DNA from: Macrostomum lignano
Taxonomy: Eukaryota
NCBI GenBank assembly: GCA_002269645.1
Contig: NIVC01002272.1
Location: 40,891 to 104,890 of the forward strand
Direction: 5' to 3'
DNA length: 64,000 bases
Shown here piece by piece: positions 1 to 11,311 of this stretch (positions within the stretch are counted from its first letter, which is position 1; each line of letters begins with the position of its first letter). Under the pieces are notes generated by a model that did no database searches, was not told where the DNA came from, and saw nothing but the letters and a program-made list of their open reading frames with translations. A program made the position numbers and the translations under genes.

Positions 1-39
1 CTTGTGCCAGGGGGTGGATAGGTAGGACCACAAACATGC

Positions 40-191
40 GCAACCTTGGGATTCACCCGGCCGTTTCTATTGGCAACACATACATGTAAGTTGCTATTGG
101 CTAAGAGCAGTCACGTGACTACTATTCTGTCCAATAGCGATTTACATGTGTGTGTTGCCAATAGAGATGGCTGGGTGAATCCCAAGGTTGC
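40..191. repeat. ~150-bp imperfect palindrome centred on AGTCACGTGACT
   Basis: The left arm GCAACCTTGGGATTCACCC..TATTGGCAACACATACATGTAA..GCTATTGG (40-100) is the near-exact reverse complement of CCAATAGC..TTACATGTGTGTGTTGCCAATAG..GGGTGAATCCCAAGGTTGC (131-191). The central 12-bp palindrome is at 109-120. Confidence 0.9.
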
Positions 192-678
192 ACCCAAGCA
201 TGTAGGACCATATATTGGAGCACAGTAAATTAGAATGTCCATAGAATGTTATTGAAAAAAGATTCAAATTAACCAATCAAAGTGGTAGTGTCAACTACCA
301 CACTATTATAAATTTATTATCCTAGAACAAGTCTAAGAAAATTTCTTAGAATCAGTCTGTGTATATATCTAACTATTTGTCTGAGAATTTTATCTAAGCA
401 TAGGTCTAAGTTATTTGTATAATAATTATTCTTAGTATAGATCTAAGTATTAATTAAACTCTCATAGGTAATGTTCTGCTGTTATTTTGGTAGCCTTCTT
501 AACTTCTTCTGTTATCCTGGCCTGAGCAGTATATGGATTATGGTCTACTAGTATATGTACTGCATATATGTTCTTTCCAGTCCTGAGTGTTACCATGATT
601 AGTGGGTCACGCCGTCATGGCCCTTATATGTTCTAAGATCTACTTTGTATTTCTTTTCCTTCTATTGTTCTACTTCTC

Positions 679-973
679 CAGTGGCAGTTTAGGGGGGGGG
701 AGGGCAGCTGCCCTTGGGTGACAACAGGTCATTATCTCAAGGGGAGGGTAACTACCCCACTATCCCCATAGCCCTTAAAGAGACCCTAGGAAAAAAGCAG
801 ATGGTCACCCCTGGCATTTTTATAAAAAATTTAGTGTTGTACATTCATTTTGTAAGAAGTGTGTCATAATTTATTTTTAATTTTTACTTTCTTAGAAGGG
901 GGTGCCCATCTAAAGAAGGGGTGACCACCTAACTACTGCCCCCCCCCCAACCAGAGATACTGTGCTGCCACTG
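679..973. mobile_element. hAT-type MITE (295 bp)
   Basis: TIR CAGTGGCAG (679-687) / CTGCCACTG (965-973), with a perfect 8-bp TSD TACTTCTC at 671-678 and 974-981. No coding capacity. Confidence 0.9.
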
Positions 974-2900
974 TACTTCTCAGTAGTATATACTGTATGC
1001 ACTTCCTTCTACTTCACTTCACTTAGAAAATGAATCAACATGGAAAAACACTTCTTAAAATATTTCATCAGAACTCTCAAGAGATTTCTCAACTAACCAT
1101 TAAGGTTGAAGGCTGATTCGAAGCTTGAATAAGAAAGCATGCTTCTTCTTACCACAAATTCGTGTCTATTTATACTACAATTTCAGTTCATTTAAAACAA
1201 AAAATAAATTGCAAAAATTTATTTTGAGAAATACAATTATTAAAACAAAATATTTTTTAGAAACATACAGATTTTAAAATGGCAAAGAAAGTTTGTTTTT
1301 TGCATACAAGTAAAGAATAAAACTACCTTCCATATATGCCTTTAGGCTTTATGGCTGGGCCTATGTTTTTTAAGTGCAACAATACTAAACTTTTGGACAT
1401 CTTAAACTTTAGGTAGCTAAAATAGTTGCAGTTTTGACAAGATCATAATTTTGTCTCTATAGGGGTTTTTGGCGGTGCTAGCCTAATTTCAAATTTGAGC
1501 TTCATGAATCATTTTTTGTAGCCTAAAGCCAACTATCAGGGCATGGGGAATAGGGGGTTTTAGGATGGGAAAAATTTTCATGGGGAATAATTTTATATAC
1601 CTAAACTTCAATAGAGGCATTAAGGTCTATTGATAGGTAGATAAATTTGGAGACTGAGAGAAAGAGGCAACTCTTAGGGGATAGGGGGGTGTTAACAACC
1701 ATAAACAAAAATGACAAATTGCTCAACATTTGTTAGAACTTAACCCTTTCATATATGCGCAACCCCCTGATTTACACTAGGCCTCCCCTAGCCATGCAAG
1801 TTACTTTTTAACCAAAAATGCAACTTACCTGTGAAAGAAACCTTAAAGCAAAAATAATGCAATCTTGGGTAAATGGCAAGAGTAATGACTAACTATCTTA
1901 TAAAGGCTAAAGGCCTTATTATCTAATTAAGACATACTATGTCCATATTCTTTAAGGTGGGCATTTTTGTGACTTACCCCTAGTCTATTACAATTAATAA
2001 TGGCCAAATTGGCTAGGTTGGCCAGCAGTTGCATATTTATGCTTTCATAATTACCTTACTGAGCATAACAAAATCATTTAGAAAATTTAAATTAACCTAT
2101 ATTTTTATTTTTTGTCCCCCTATTTTTTTAATAAAAGTATAAAAAATTATCTAATCTTGTTTCAATTTTTAAAAAGAAATTTTGGATTTCTTGGTAAAAA
2201 ATATGAAGATCTTATCTCAAATTTTTCTTGTCAAGATCTTGTGATTTATGAAATCTATGCAAATTAGAATAATTAAACTGAATTTAATCAATTTAAAGTT
2301 TTTTTCAATAAAAAAATATAGAAAACATTTGACATTTTAGGACTTACTATAAGTCCAGGGTATTTTCTAATGAACATATCAATTGATTGTTTATTAGCAT
2401 CTAGTAAATCTTATAGAATATAAAGTTTTTTTAAATAAATAGATCAATAGATGCTTCTACCTGGGAGAAGTTAATTGAAATAAGGAATTACCAGTGGCAA
2501 AGGCAAAAGTGGGGCATTTGGCTATAATTGGTTGGTAGGATGGCAGGTTAGGGTAGGTTAGCCTTTATAAACGGGCTATTAGCCTATGCCTGAGAGTATT
2601 GAACTGATGGCACCCTAAAGTATATTATGTCTTAAGAGAGATGATATATTTACTCTTTAGAATGACAATAAATATACATCTTTTTAAATATATTATTAAT
2701 TAAGAATTAAAACTTTATGTAGTATATATTTTGCTTTGTTTTGAAAATATACCTCTCACATACCTCTTGCACATATTAGGCTTTCATTTATATACCAAAG
2801 ATATCTGAGGTTTATCATAGTCAATTTAATGACTTATGCCCAAATTTATATTATGTATGTCTGCTTTTTGAATGATTTTTTTTCAGCCACTGTGAAGAGC

Positions 2901-3758
2901 ATGTATGGTCAGGGCCATTCAAATTATCCACATTCATATGGTATGCCAAGCCAAGCACCTAGCTACCCTATGGCTCATCCATCTCAGTCTCAACAGCCAC
3001 CACCATATGGCTTATATGCACCGCCTTTGCCAAGTTTTGCTGCTGGCAATATGCCTGACCAGATGCCAATGCCTTTGTGTCAGCCAGGACAGCCACCTTA
3101 CCAGCCAGGCCAGCCACCTTACCAGCCAGGCCAGGCACCCTACCAGCCAGGCCAGCCACCTTACCAGCCAGGCCAGCCACCTTACCAGCCAGGCCAGCCA
3201 CCTTACCAGCCAGGCCAGCCACCCTACCAGCCAGGCCAACCACCTTACCAGCCAGGCCAGCCACCCTACCAGCCAGGCCAGCCACCTTACCAGCCAGGAC
3301 AGCCACCTCACCAGCCACCCTACCAGCCAGGACAGCCACCTCACCAGTCAGGCCAGCCACCTTACCAGTCGGGCCAACCACCTCACCAGCCAGGCCAACC
3401 GCCTTGTCAGTCAGTGTCACAGCCCTACCAGCCAGGACTGCAATCTTATTCACCGGGTTCCCAGCCTTACCAGCCAGCATCCCAGCCATACCAGCCGGGA
3501 CAATCGTCGCAGTCACCATATCAACAAAGCCAGTTCTCAGCCAGTAGTCACGATAAAAGGCTCGCGGATCATGCACAGCCAGCGGCATCGAAAGCCTCGT
3601 CTGTTGAACCTTCCGCGCCGCCGCCGCCTCCTTCGCCGCCGCTGCCAACGCCGCAGTCTGCCGCCCAGCCAGCTTCTACAGGCTCGGGCAACAATACAGG
3701 CAAAGAGGCCGCTTTAGACGCCTTGGCCCAGATGATGCAAGGCGATGTCAATCTTTGA
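2901..3758 (+). CDS. Pro/Gln/Tyr-rich low-complexity protein (or terminal exon) with ~20 YQPGQPP heptads
   Basis: Splice acceptor TTTTTTTCAG ends at 2886 and ATG is at 2901. The frame stays open through non-repetitive sequence on both sides of the repeat and stops at 3756-3758. No recognisable globular domain; upstream exons cannot be excluded. Confidence 0.65.
   Translation: MYGQGHSNYPHSYGMPSQAPSYPMAHPSQSQQPPPYGLYAPPLPSFAAGNMPDQMPMPLCQPGQPPYQPGQPPYQPGQAPYQPGQPPYQPGQPPYQPGQPPYQPGQPPYQPGQPPYQPGQPPYQPGQPPYQPGQPPHQPPYQPGQPPHQSGQPPYQSGQPPHQPGQPPCQSVSQPYQPGLQSYSPGSQPYQPASQPYQPGQSSQSPYQQSQFSASSHDKRLADHAQPAASKASSVEPSAPPPPPSPPLPTPQSAAQPASTGSGNNTGKEAALDALAQMMQGDVNL
3081..3510 (+). repeat. Coding 21-bp tandem repeat (CAGCCACCTTACCAGCCAGGC)
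   Basis: Direct tandem copies with mostly third-position variation; copies degenerate toward the 3' end. Confidence 0.95.
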
Positions 3759-3796
3759 CAGAAATGGGAAGAGACAGCTCTTCCTGTCAAGAGACA

Positions 3797-4530
3797 CCTT
3801 GATTTGTAGCTTAGATCAGCCTACAATTGACCTTGATTTGTAGCTTAGATCATCCTACAGTTGACCTTGATTTTTAGCTTAGATCAGCTTACAGTTGACC
3901 TTGATTTGTAGCTTATATCAACCTACAGTTGACCTTGATTTGTAGCTTAGATCAGCCTACAATTGACCTTGAATTGTAGCTTAGATCAGCCTACAATCAA
4001 CCTTAATTTGTAGCTTGGATCAACCTACAGTTGACCTTGATTTGTAGCTTAGATCAGCCTACAATTGACCTTGATTTGTAGCTTAGATAACCCTACAGTT
4101 GACCTTGATTTGTAGCTTAGATCAGCCTACATAATGACCTTGACCTTGATCAAATGACCTTGATTTGTAGCTTAGATCAGCTTACAGTTGACCTTGATTT
4201 GTAGCTTATATCAACCTACAGTTGACCTTGATTTGTAGCTTATATCAACCTACAGTTGACTTTGATTTGTAGCTTATATCAGCCTACAGTTGACCTTGAT
4301 TTGTAGCTTATATCAACCTACAGTTGACCTTGATTTGTAGCTTAGATCAGCCTACAATTGACCTTGAATTGTAGCTTAGATCAACCTACAATTGACCTTG
4401 ATTTGTAGCTTAGATCAACCTACAATTGACCTTGATTTGTAGCTTAGATCAGCCTACAATTGACCTTGAATTGTAGCTTAGATCAGCCTACAATCAACCT
4501 TAATTTGTAGCTGAGATCAGCCCACGATTG
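3797..4530. repeat. 34-bp minisatellite, ~21 copies, internally palindromic
   Basis: Unit GACCTTGATTTGTAGCTTAGATCAGCCTACAATT in head-to-tail copies with no spacers. TTGTAG...CTACAA forms an internal stem. Confidence 0.95.
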
Positions 4531-5046
4531 GCCTTCATAGTTTGCTGATCGCTTTGTTTCTGGAATTTTCTAATTCATCCATATTGATTTCTAATCCATG
4601 TTTATTTTTGCATTCCGTCTTGGCTAACCATTCTAACTGTTTTTTTGAATGAAGCAGAAATCAGAATCCAAAGATAGTTAACTAGCCCACTACTACGATC
4701 GTAGATGTGAAGTAGATATTTAAAAATGTGTGCTCGTAAGATAGTGTATATCTGATGAAGTTAAAGTAAAATAACAAAGTCCATCAGCTTCCCGATTAAT
4801 AACTTATTACAAGAATATTTAATGAAAGTACGAGTCTCGTATATTCTAGATTCTTGCACCAACCAAACTCTGCCGTTAACCTTAAAGTTTTTAACAAAAT
4901 GTATTTTTATTTTCAATATAATTAATGACAGTGGTGCCTTATTGTTTATTTAGAAGATACATTTTGTCTGGCTTATTTTTAATGCATATCAAATCATACT
5001 ATAACGTAATAATTTAGCTACTTAGTGAATAGAGTGAAGTGTGAAA

Positions 5047-5921
5047 AATTTAAGCACCAGAGGTTTTCAGAGATTTAAGCGCCGCAGATGTCAGAGATTT
5101 AAGCGCTACAGGTATCAGAGATTTAAGCGCCGCAGATGTCAGAGATTTAAGCGCTACAGGTATCAGAGATTTAAGCGCCACAGGTGTCAGAGATTTAAGC
5201 GCTACAGGTATCAGAGATTTAAGCGCCGCAGATGTCAGAGATTTAAGCGCTACAGGTATCAGAGATTTAAGCGCCGCAGATGTCAGATTTAAGCGCTACA
5301 GGTATTAGATATTTAAGCGCCACAGGTATCAGAGATTTAAGCGCTACAGGTATTAAATATTTAAGCGCCACAGGTATTAGAGATTTAAGCGCCACAGGTA
5401 TCAGAGATTTAAGCGCCGCAGATATCAGATTTAAGCGCTACAGGTATCAGAGATTTAAGCGCCGCAGATGTCAGATTTAAGCGCCACAGGTATCAGAGAT
5501 TTAAGCGCTACAGGTATCAGATTTAAGCGCTACAGGTATTAGATATTTAAGCGCCACAGGTATCAGAGATTTAAGCGCTATACAGGTATCAGATTTAAGC
5601 GCCACAGGTATCAGAGATTTAAGCGACGCAGATGTCAGATTTAAGCGCTACAGGTATCAGAGATTTAAGCGCTACAGGTATCAGATTTAAGCGCTACAGG
5701 TATTAGATATTTAAGCGCCACAGGTATCAGAGATTTTAAGCGCTACAGGTATCAGATTTAAGCGCTACAGGTATTAGATATTTAAGCGCCACAGGTATCA
5801 GAGATTTAAGCGCTATACAGGTATCAGAGATTTAAGCGCCACAGGTATCAGAGATTTAAGCGACGCAGATGTCAGATTTAAGCGCTACAGGTATCAGAGA
5901 TTTAAGCGCCGCAGGTATCAG
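5047..5921. repeat. 22-24-bp minisatellite, ~37 copies, directly upstream of TTC5
   Basis: Units CAGAGATTTAAGCGCTACAGGTAT and CAGAGATTTAAGCGCCGCAGATGT, plus 22-bp deletion variants. Confidence 0.95.
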
Positions 5922-5993
5922 AGTGCCACGAAAAAAGTGATAATGGTCGGTGAAATTTGAATAATTATTCATTATACTTGTGACGCATTTCAG

Positions 5994-8900
5994 GCCGAAT
6001 CGAGCTCCGATCGTTTGGCCGCCTTCCAACAGGAAGTGGAGGCTCTGGTGCGATTCAAAGACGAATACTTTGCCCAGCAACAGGAGCAGCAGCAACGGGG
6101 CGGTCGTTCAGCGGCAGTTGAGGCTCGGGTTGAGCAGATCGCCTCCCGATACGCCGATGTCGGCGCCTCAATCAGCGGCCCGGACAGTCGCTGCGCCCAC
6201 GCCCTGTCTATGGGCAAACTCTACCACTGCTTGGAGGAATTCGACCAGCGAGCCTTGGACAATTTGACTACGGCCGCGAAACTGAAGCCGGACCAGCCGG
6301 AGGCCTGGCGCTTGCTCGGCGAAACCTACTGGAAACGGCGGGACTATCAGTCCGCTTATAACTGCTTCAACAGCGCATTGCAGCACGGCAGGGATAGCGC
6401 TGTGCTGCGCAATCTGTCCATGGTGCTGCGAGCTCTGCCGTTTGCCAGTGCGGCAGATCGGCTGGCTAAGGTTGAGGAGAGTCTGGCCAAGGCTAAGGAG
6501 GCCCTGCAGATGGATATTAAGGTGAGGCGCGAGATTCTGTAACTCCTGTCTGGGCTGTGTGCACCCTGTCACATTGTCACCACAACCGGCGAGAGGCACA
6601 CATAGCGTGGGGATCAAGGACTACTTAGGACGGGAAAATACGTTTCTCGGAAAACTTTAAGAGGCAGGCTTTTCAGAAAGGCAAGACATCGAAAGATGAA
6701 CTCTGGGTCTGCCACCTTTAAAAAGCAATAACCATTTTTTGTGCTGAAAATGAAAGCCTTCTATCTTCGTTATCCTTGGCAGTCGTACGCACAGGCTCAC
6801 ATTTACACAGGAGTGTACAGGGGCCCTGACTTTATTTATCGTTAGGCATGTACACTTCACTTGTGCTTTGGGGGTTGGACCTCGAGGGCGCTAATTATTT
6901 AGCCCCAAATGAATGCCACTGCACTTGGAATCGAGCCTGGGCCGCTGGCTCATCATTGGCTATACGGCTCCCCTTGTAGGTAAAAAAAGGTAAATCTGTA
7001 GGTTGGTAAGAATAAGAACCGGATAACAGGTGAATTATATAACAGCCCTCTGTCTCACTCACTCGAAACAATTTCCCTGAAATGAGTTACCTCTGAAACA
7101 GCAAGGGGTTTGTCTACGTATCGTGCCTTTGATAGTAGTATATTCTGCATCTATAGATTTGATTAAATTCTCATTTAATAAATCTACTTGCAATGCCGCA
7201 GGACGGGCGCAGCTGGGCGGTGCTTGGCAACGCCTACCTGAGCTGCTACTTCACCAAGGACCAGTCCAGCACCTCCATGCGCTTGGCCATGTCCGCCTAC
7301 AGCAACGCTATGAAGGACCCGGTGGCCAGCAGCGACCCGGATCTGCACTACAACTCTGCCATGGCGCACGTCTACCTGGATCAGTACGAGCAGGCGCTCA
7401 GCGGATTTCGGATGGCCCACAGGCTTGACCCTAGTTGGCCGCAGGCTCAGGTAATCTCGGATGCGGCAGTGTTGAGATGCTGGGAATAAAAAACATTTCG
7501 GAAATAATTGGAAGTGGAAGTAATTGATTGCACCTGCCCTACTCGGCCAGATGTGCAACCGGCAGCTCAGCCGCAGCTATTGCGCGGCGCATCCAAGGAC
7601 GGGGGGGGTCGTCACACACACCCTCAATTACCCGGCACAGCTAATGCTGGCACCCATTTTACAACTGGGTGAACTGAAGCAATGCCGTGTTTAAGTGTCG
7701 GCAGTGGGTCGGGATTCGAACCCCTGACCTTTCAGTCTTAATTCGGCACTGTAACCACAAGGCTACACCCCTAATTAATTAGTCTTTAATTCAAAGATTA
7801 TGGAATAAGAAAAGAATGCCTTTGATGAGGCTATAGGATTCTGAAGATCTCAGAAGATCTGTAAGTCGGTATGATGCTGTGTAGTGATGAGGCTGGTGCT
7901 ATTTGATAAAAACTGGCTCTTATCCTGCAGGAGAAAGTCACCCAGCTGCCTCGCATGCTGAGTAGCATCCAGGACATCATCGACAGTCGCGGCCGTTTGA
8001 AGCCTCGCGTCTATAAATCCATGATGGAAGGCTTCGCCCAGCGCCGGGTCAAGGATCTCGGCCCCTACGCTGGTGGCGGCTACTCTGACAGCCGAGGCGA
8101 GAGCGTCGCCCTCGCCGAGGTTCGTCTGAGCCAGCTAAAAGTGGGAGCCAACCCTGAGACTGTGCTGCTGCTGCGAGTGATCGGGCTGCCCCGAGCTGAT
8201 GACCAGGTAGGTACTTCCGGCGGCTGCTTTTACTCGGTTTCTTTCGCACTTCCGGTTTTTACTTTAAGTAGCAAATTTATAATTTAGGTTGGTGTTAGAA
8301 GTAACAATGTTACACTTCCGGGTTGTATATTTCAGTAGCTAATTGATACTTCCGGGTTGTATATTTCAGTAGCTAATTGATACTTCCGGGTTGTATATTT
8401 CAGTAGCTAATTGATACTTCCGGGTTGTATATTTAAGTAGTTATTTAATACTTCCGGTTGGTATATTTTAGTAGTTAATTAATACTTCCGGTTGGTATAT
8501 TTCAGTAGTTAATTAATACTTCCGGTTGGTATATTTCAGTAGTTAATTAATACTTCCGGTTGGTATATTTTAGTAGTTAATTAATACTTCCGGTTGGTAT
8601 ATTTCAGTAGCTAATTAATACTTCCGGTTGGTATATTTAAGTAGTTAATTAATACTTCCGGTTGGTATATTTTAGTAGTTAATTAATACTTCCGGTTGGT
8701 ATATTTCAGTAGTTAATTAATACTTCCGGTTGGTATATTTTAGTAGTTAATTAATACTTCCGGTTGGTATATTTTAGTAGTTAATTAATACTTCCGGGTT
8801 GTATATTTAAGTAGTTATTTAATACTTCCGGTTGGTATATTTCAGTAGTTAATTAATACTTCCGGTTGGTATATTTTAGTAGTTAATTAATACTTCCGGT

Positions 8901-10170
8901 TGGTATATTTTAGTAGTTAATTAATACTTCCGGTTGGTATATTTCAGTAGCTAATTAATACTTCCGGTTGGTATATTTTAGTAGTTAATTAATACTTCCG
9001 GTTGGTATATTTCAGTAGCTAATTAATACTTCCGGTTGGTATATTTAAGTAGTTAATTAATACTTCCGGTTGGTATATTTTAGTAGTTAATTAATTACTT
9101 CCGGTTGGTATATTTCAGTAGTTAATTAATACTTCCGGTTGGTATATTTTAGTAGTTAATTAATACTTCCGGTTGGTATATTTTAGTAGTTAATTAATAC
9201 TTCCGGTTGTATATTTAGTAGTTATTAATACTTCCGGTTGGTATATTTTAGTAGTTAATTAATACTTCCGGTTGGTATATTTCAGTAGTTAATTAATACT
9301 TCCGGTTGGTATATTTCAGTAGTTAATTAATACTTCCGGTTGGTATATTTTAGTAGTTAATTAATACTTCCGGTTGGTATATTTTAGTAGTTAATTAATA
9401 CTTCCGGTTGGTATATTTCAGTAGTAATTAATACTTCCGGTTGGTATATTTCAGTAGTTAATTAATACTTCCGGTTGGTATATTTCAGTAGTTAATTAAT
9501 ACTTCCGGTTGGTATATTTTAGTAGCTAATTAATACTTCCGGTTGGTATATTTCAGTAGCTAATTAATACTTCCGGTTGGTATATTTCAGTAGTTAATTA
9601 ATACTTCCGGTTGGTATATTTCAGTAGTTAATTAATACTTCCGGTTGGTATATTTTAGTAGTTAATTAATACTTCCGGTTGGTATATTTCAGTAGTTAAT
9701 TAATACTTCCGGTTGGTATATTTCAGTAGTTAATTAATACTTCCGGTTGGTATATTTCAGTAGTTAATTAATACTTTAGGTCGGTATATTCAACTAGTTA
9801 GTTGATAATTCGATAGCAGAAAACGTTTACAAAATTTTCGACCGTGTTTTGTTAAAATTTAAACTTTCAACCGCTCCATTAGGTTTGCCTCTCGGTATGC
9901 GCAATGGACTCAGACGAAGCCTGCTCACTCGTCAACATATTCAATATCTCGGCGGACCGAGGCCTCACAGTCGACGACGCCATGGCGATCCCGGAGCCCA
10001 CGCTAAGCAGGTTGGATTTCGCTGACAGCGAGACGGGCCGGAAGTTCCAGTTCCCAATAGTGCGGGTGCCCTCGCCAGACTGCCTGGTGGTGAATGGCAA
10101 GAAGGCCAAGGCCAGTGCATGGCGCAGCGCCACCGTGTTCTCATCCCAGGTGTCCAGCTCGTCCACCTGA
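5994..10170 (+). CDS. TTC5: Tetratricopeptide repeat protein 5 (TTC5/Strap), 4 coding exons plus an unplaced start codon
   Basis: Exons 5994-6521, 7202-7450, 7931-8206 and 9883-10170, all phase 0 with GT-AG introns, give ~447 aa. Motifs match recalled human TTC5 in order: EAWRLLGETYWKRRD, LRNLSMVLR, AKEALQMD|DGRSWAVLGNAYLS, SSDPDLHYN, LDPSWP, LGPYAGGGY, AIPEP, VRVPSPDCLVVNGK. Confidence 0.93.
7531..7771 (-). mobile_element. tRNA-derived SINE, copy 1 (TTC5 intron)
   Basis: Minus-strand head GGGGTGTAGCCTTGTGG..GGTTCGAATCC (Pol III A and B boxes). The body (ACCCATTTTACA, CACACACCCTCAATTAC) is shared with four other copies in the window. Confidence 0.85.
8312..9790. repeat. 34-bp intronic minisatellite, ~43 copies (TTC5 intron 3)
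   Basis: Unit TACTTCCGGTTGGTATATTTCAGTAGTTAATTAA; highly homogeneous and fills nearly the whole intron 8207-9882. Confidence 0.97.
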
Positions 10171-10305
10171 GCTCGGCTTGGACTGTCCGCAGGCGGGGAA
10201 GTTCTTGCCAATTGGCTGCAAGAATGAATCGATTGATTGTCCTGTGAATTCTAAATCCCAATGTCCTCAGATTTCCGGCCTTCTCCCAGTTCCACAACAC
10301 TTAAA

Positions 10306-10535
10306 GCCTCATCATCACTCCTAGCCTCATCACTCCAGCCTCATCATTCCCAGACTCCCAGTCTCATCACTCCCAGAAATCCAGCCTCATCACTGCCAGG
10401 CCTCCAGCCTCATCAACCCTGACTCATTATTTCCAGCCTCATCAATCCCAGACTCATCCTCCCAACCGCAACTCCCAGCCTCATCACTCCCAGCTTTATC
10501 AACCCAGCCTCATCACTCCCAGCCTTATCACTGCC
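10306..10535. repeat. Degenerate ~15-bp repeat (CCAGCCTCATCACTC) downstream of the TTC5 stop
   Basis: Repeated CCAGCCTCATCA cores with variable linkers. Confidence 0.85.
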
Positions 10536-11215
10536 AGCACAATCGCTTTATTCGATTGATAGTAAATTCCAGAAAACCAGTTTTTAATACTTGTCACCGC
10601 CCTATAAAATCTCTCGATAATTCCCAGTTAGCATGCTATTGCTGCATGCAAGCACTTGAGCCACTGGAATTTTTATTCCTTTTGCAGAAACTTGCAGAAA
10701 TCTCAACTTTCCATTGTGTATTGCCTGATTAACTTTACTACGAGCTAGAACTTCGTCACCCACTTACTCTGCACTTTGTTGCTTATGCTTATCTTGTATC
10801 GTATTTTCTCGTTTTGCTTTTGCTCTAAGCTGAGCTTATACAATACATGCCTTGTGGCAGTCATGCTTTTTTGCTTTTCCATTTTCATATTTTTACCGTC
10901 CAGTTGTACGCACAGCGTGAATATTTATCTTTGTTATTTGCCCTGTTTGCTGTCTTGTTTAATTTTGTTACTATAACAGAAACGTTATCACTTGCCCTGT
11001 GTGATGATTTGCAACTCGCTTGACTTTCTAGTTTTTTCATGTGCGTCATCAAAAATTTGCTGTTCCTGAAAGCCAACATTGCATGCTGGGCATAGATGTT
11101 TAGCCTTATTCATTACCTTTTGCTTGTATTTATTTAGGTAGTAAATAAAAGAGTTTGTTTCGATTTCTATTTGATGTGAATGCATTAGACTAGCGCACAA
11201 GTATTTTTTTCATTT

Positions 11216-11311
11216 GGATCCTTTAGTAACCAGATTAGCTAGTTGAAGCTAGAAGTTCAGTTAGGATCCTTTAGTAACCAGATTAGCTAGTTGAAGCTAG
11301 AAGTTCAGTTA
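11216..11311. repeat. Exact 48-bp tandem duplication
   Basis: GGATCCTTTAGTAACCAGATTAGCTAGTTGAAGCTAGAAGTTCAGTTA occurs at 11216-11263 and 11264-11311. Confidence 0.95.

Noticed and set aside
3797-4530. CRISPR array (34-bp partly palindromic repeat)
   Set aside because: Units are head-to-tail with no unique spacers, no cas genes are present, and the context is eukaryotic. The same applies to the arrays at 8312 and 50467.
5041-5480. Arg-rich protamine-like ORFs (FKRRRCQRFKRYRYQR)
   Set aside because: These are translations of the 24-bp minisatellite; the frame is broken by 22-bp units and there is no unique coding flank.
10990-11130. C2H2 zinc-finger gene (CPACNVGF..H, minus strand)
   Set aside because: A single finger that needs a frameshift, with no supporting exons; at most a decayed fragment.
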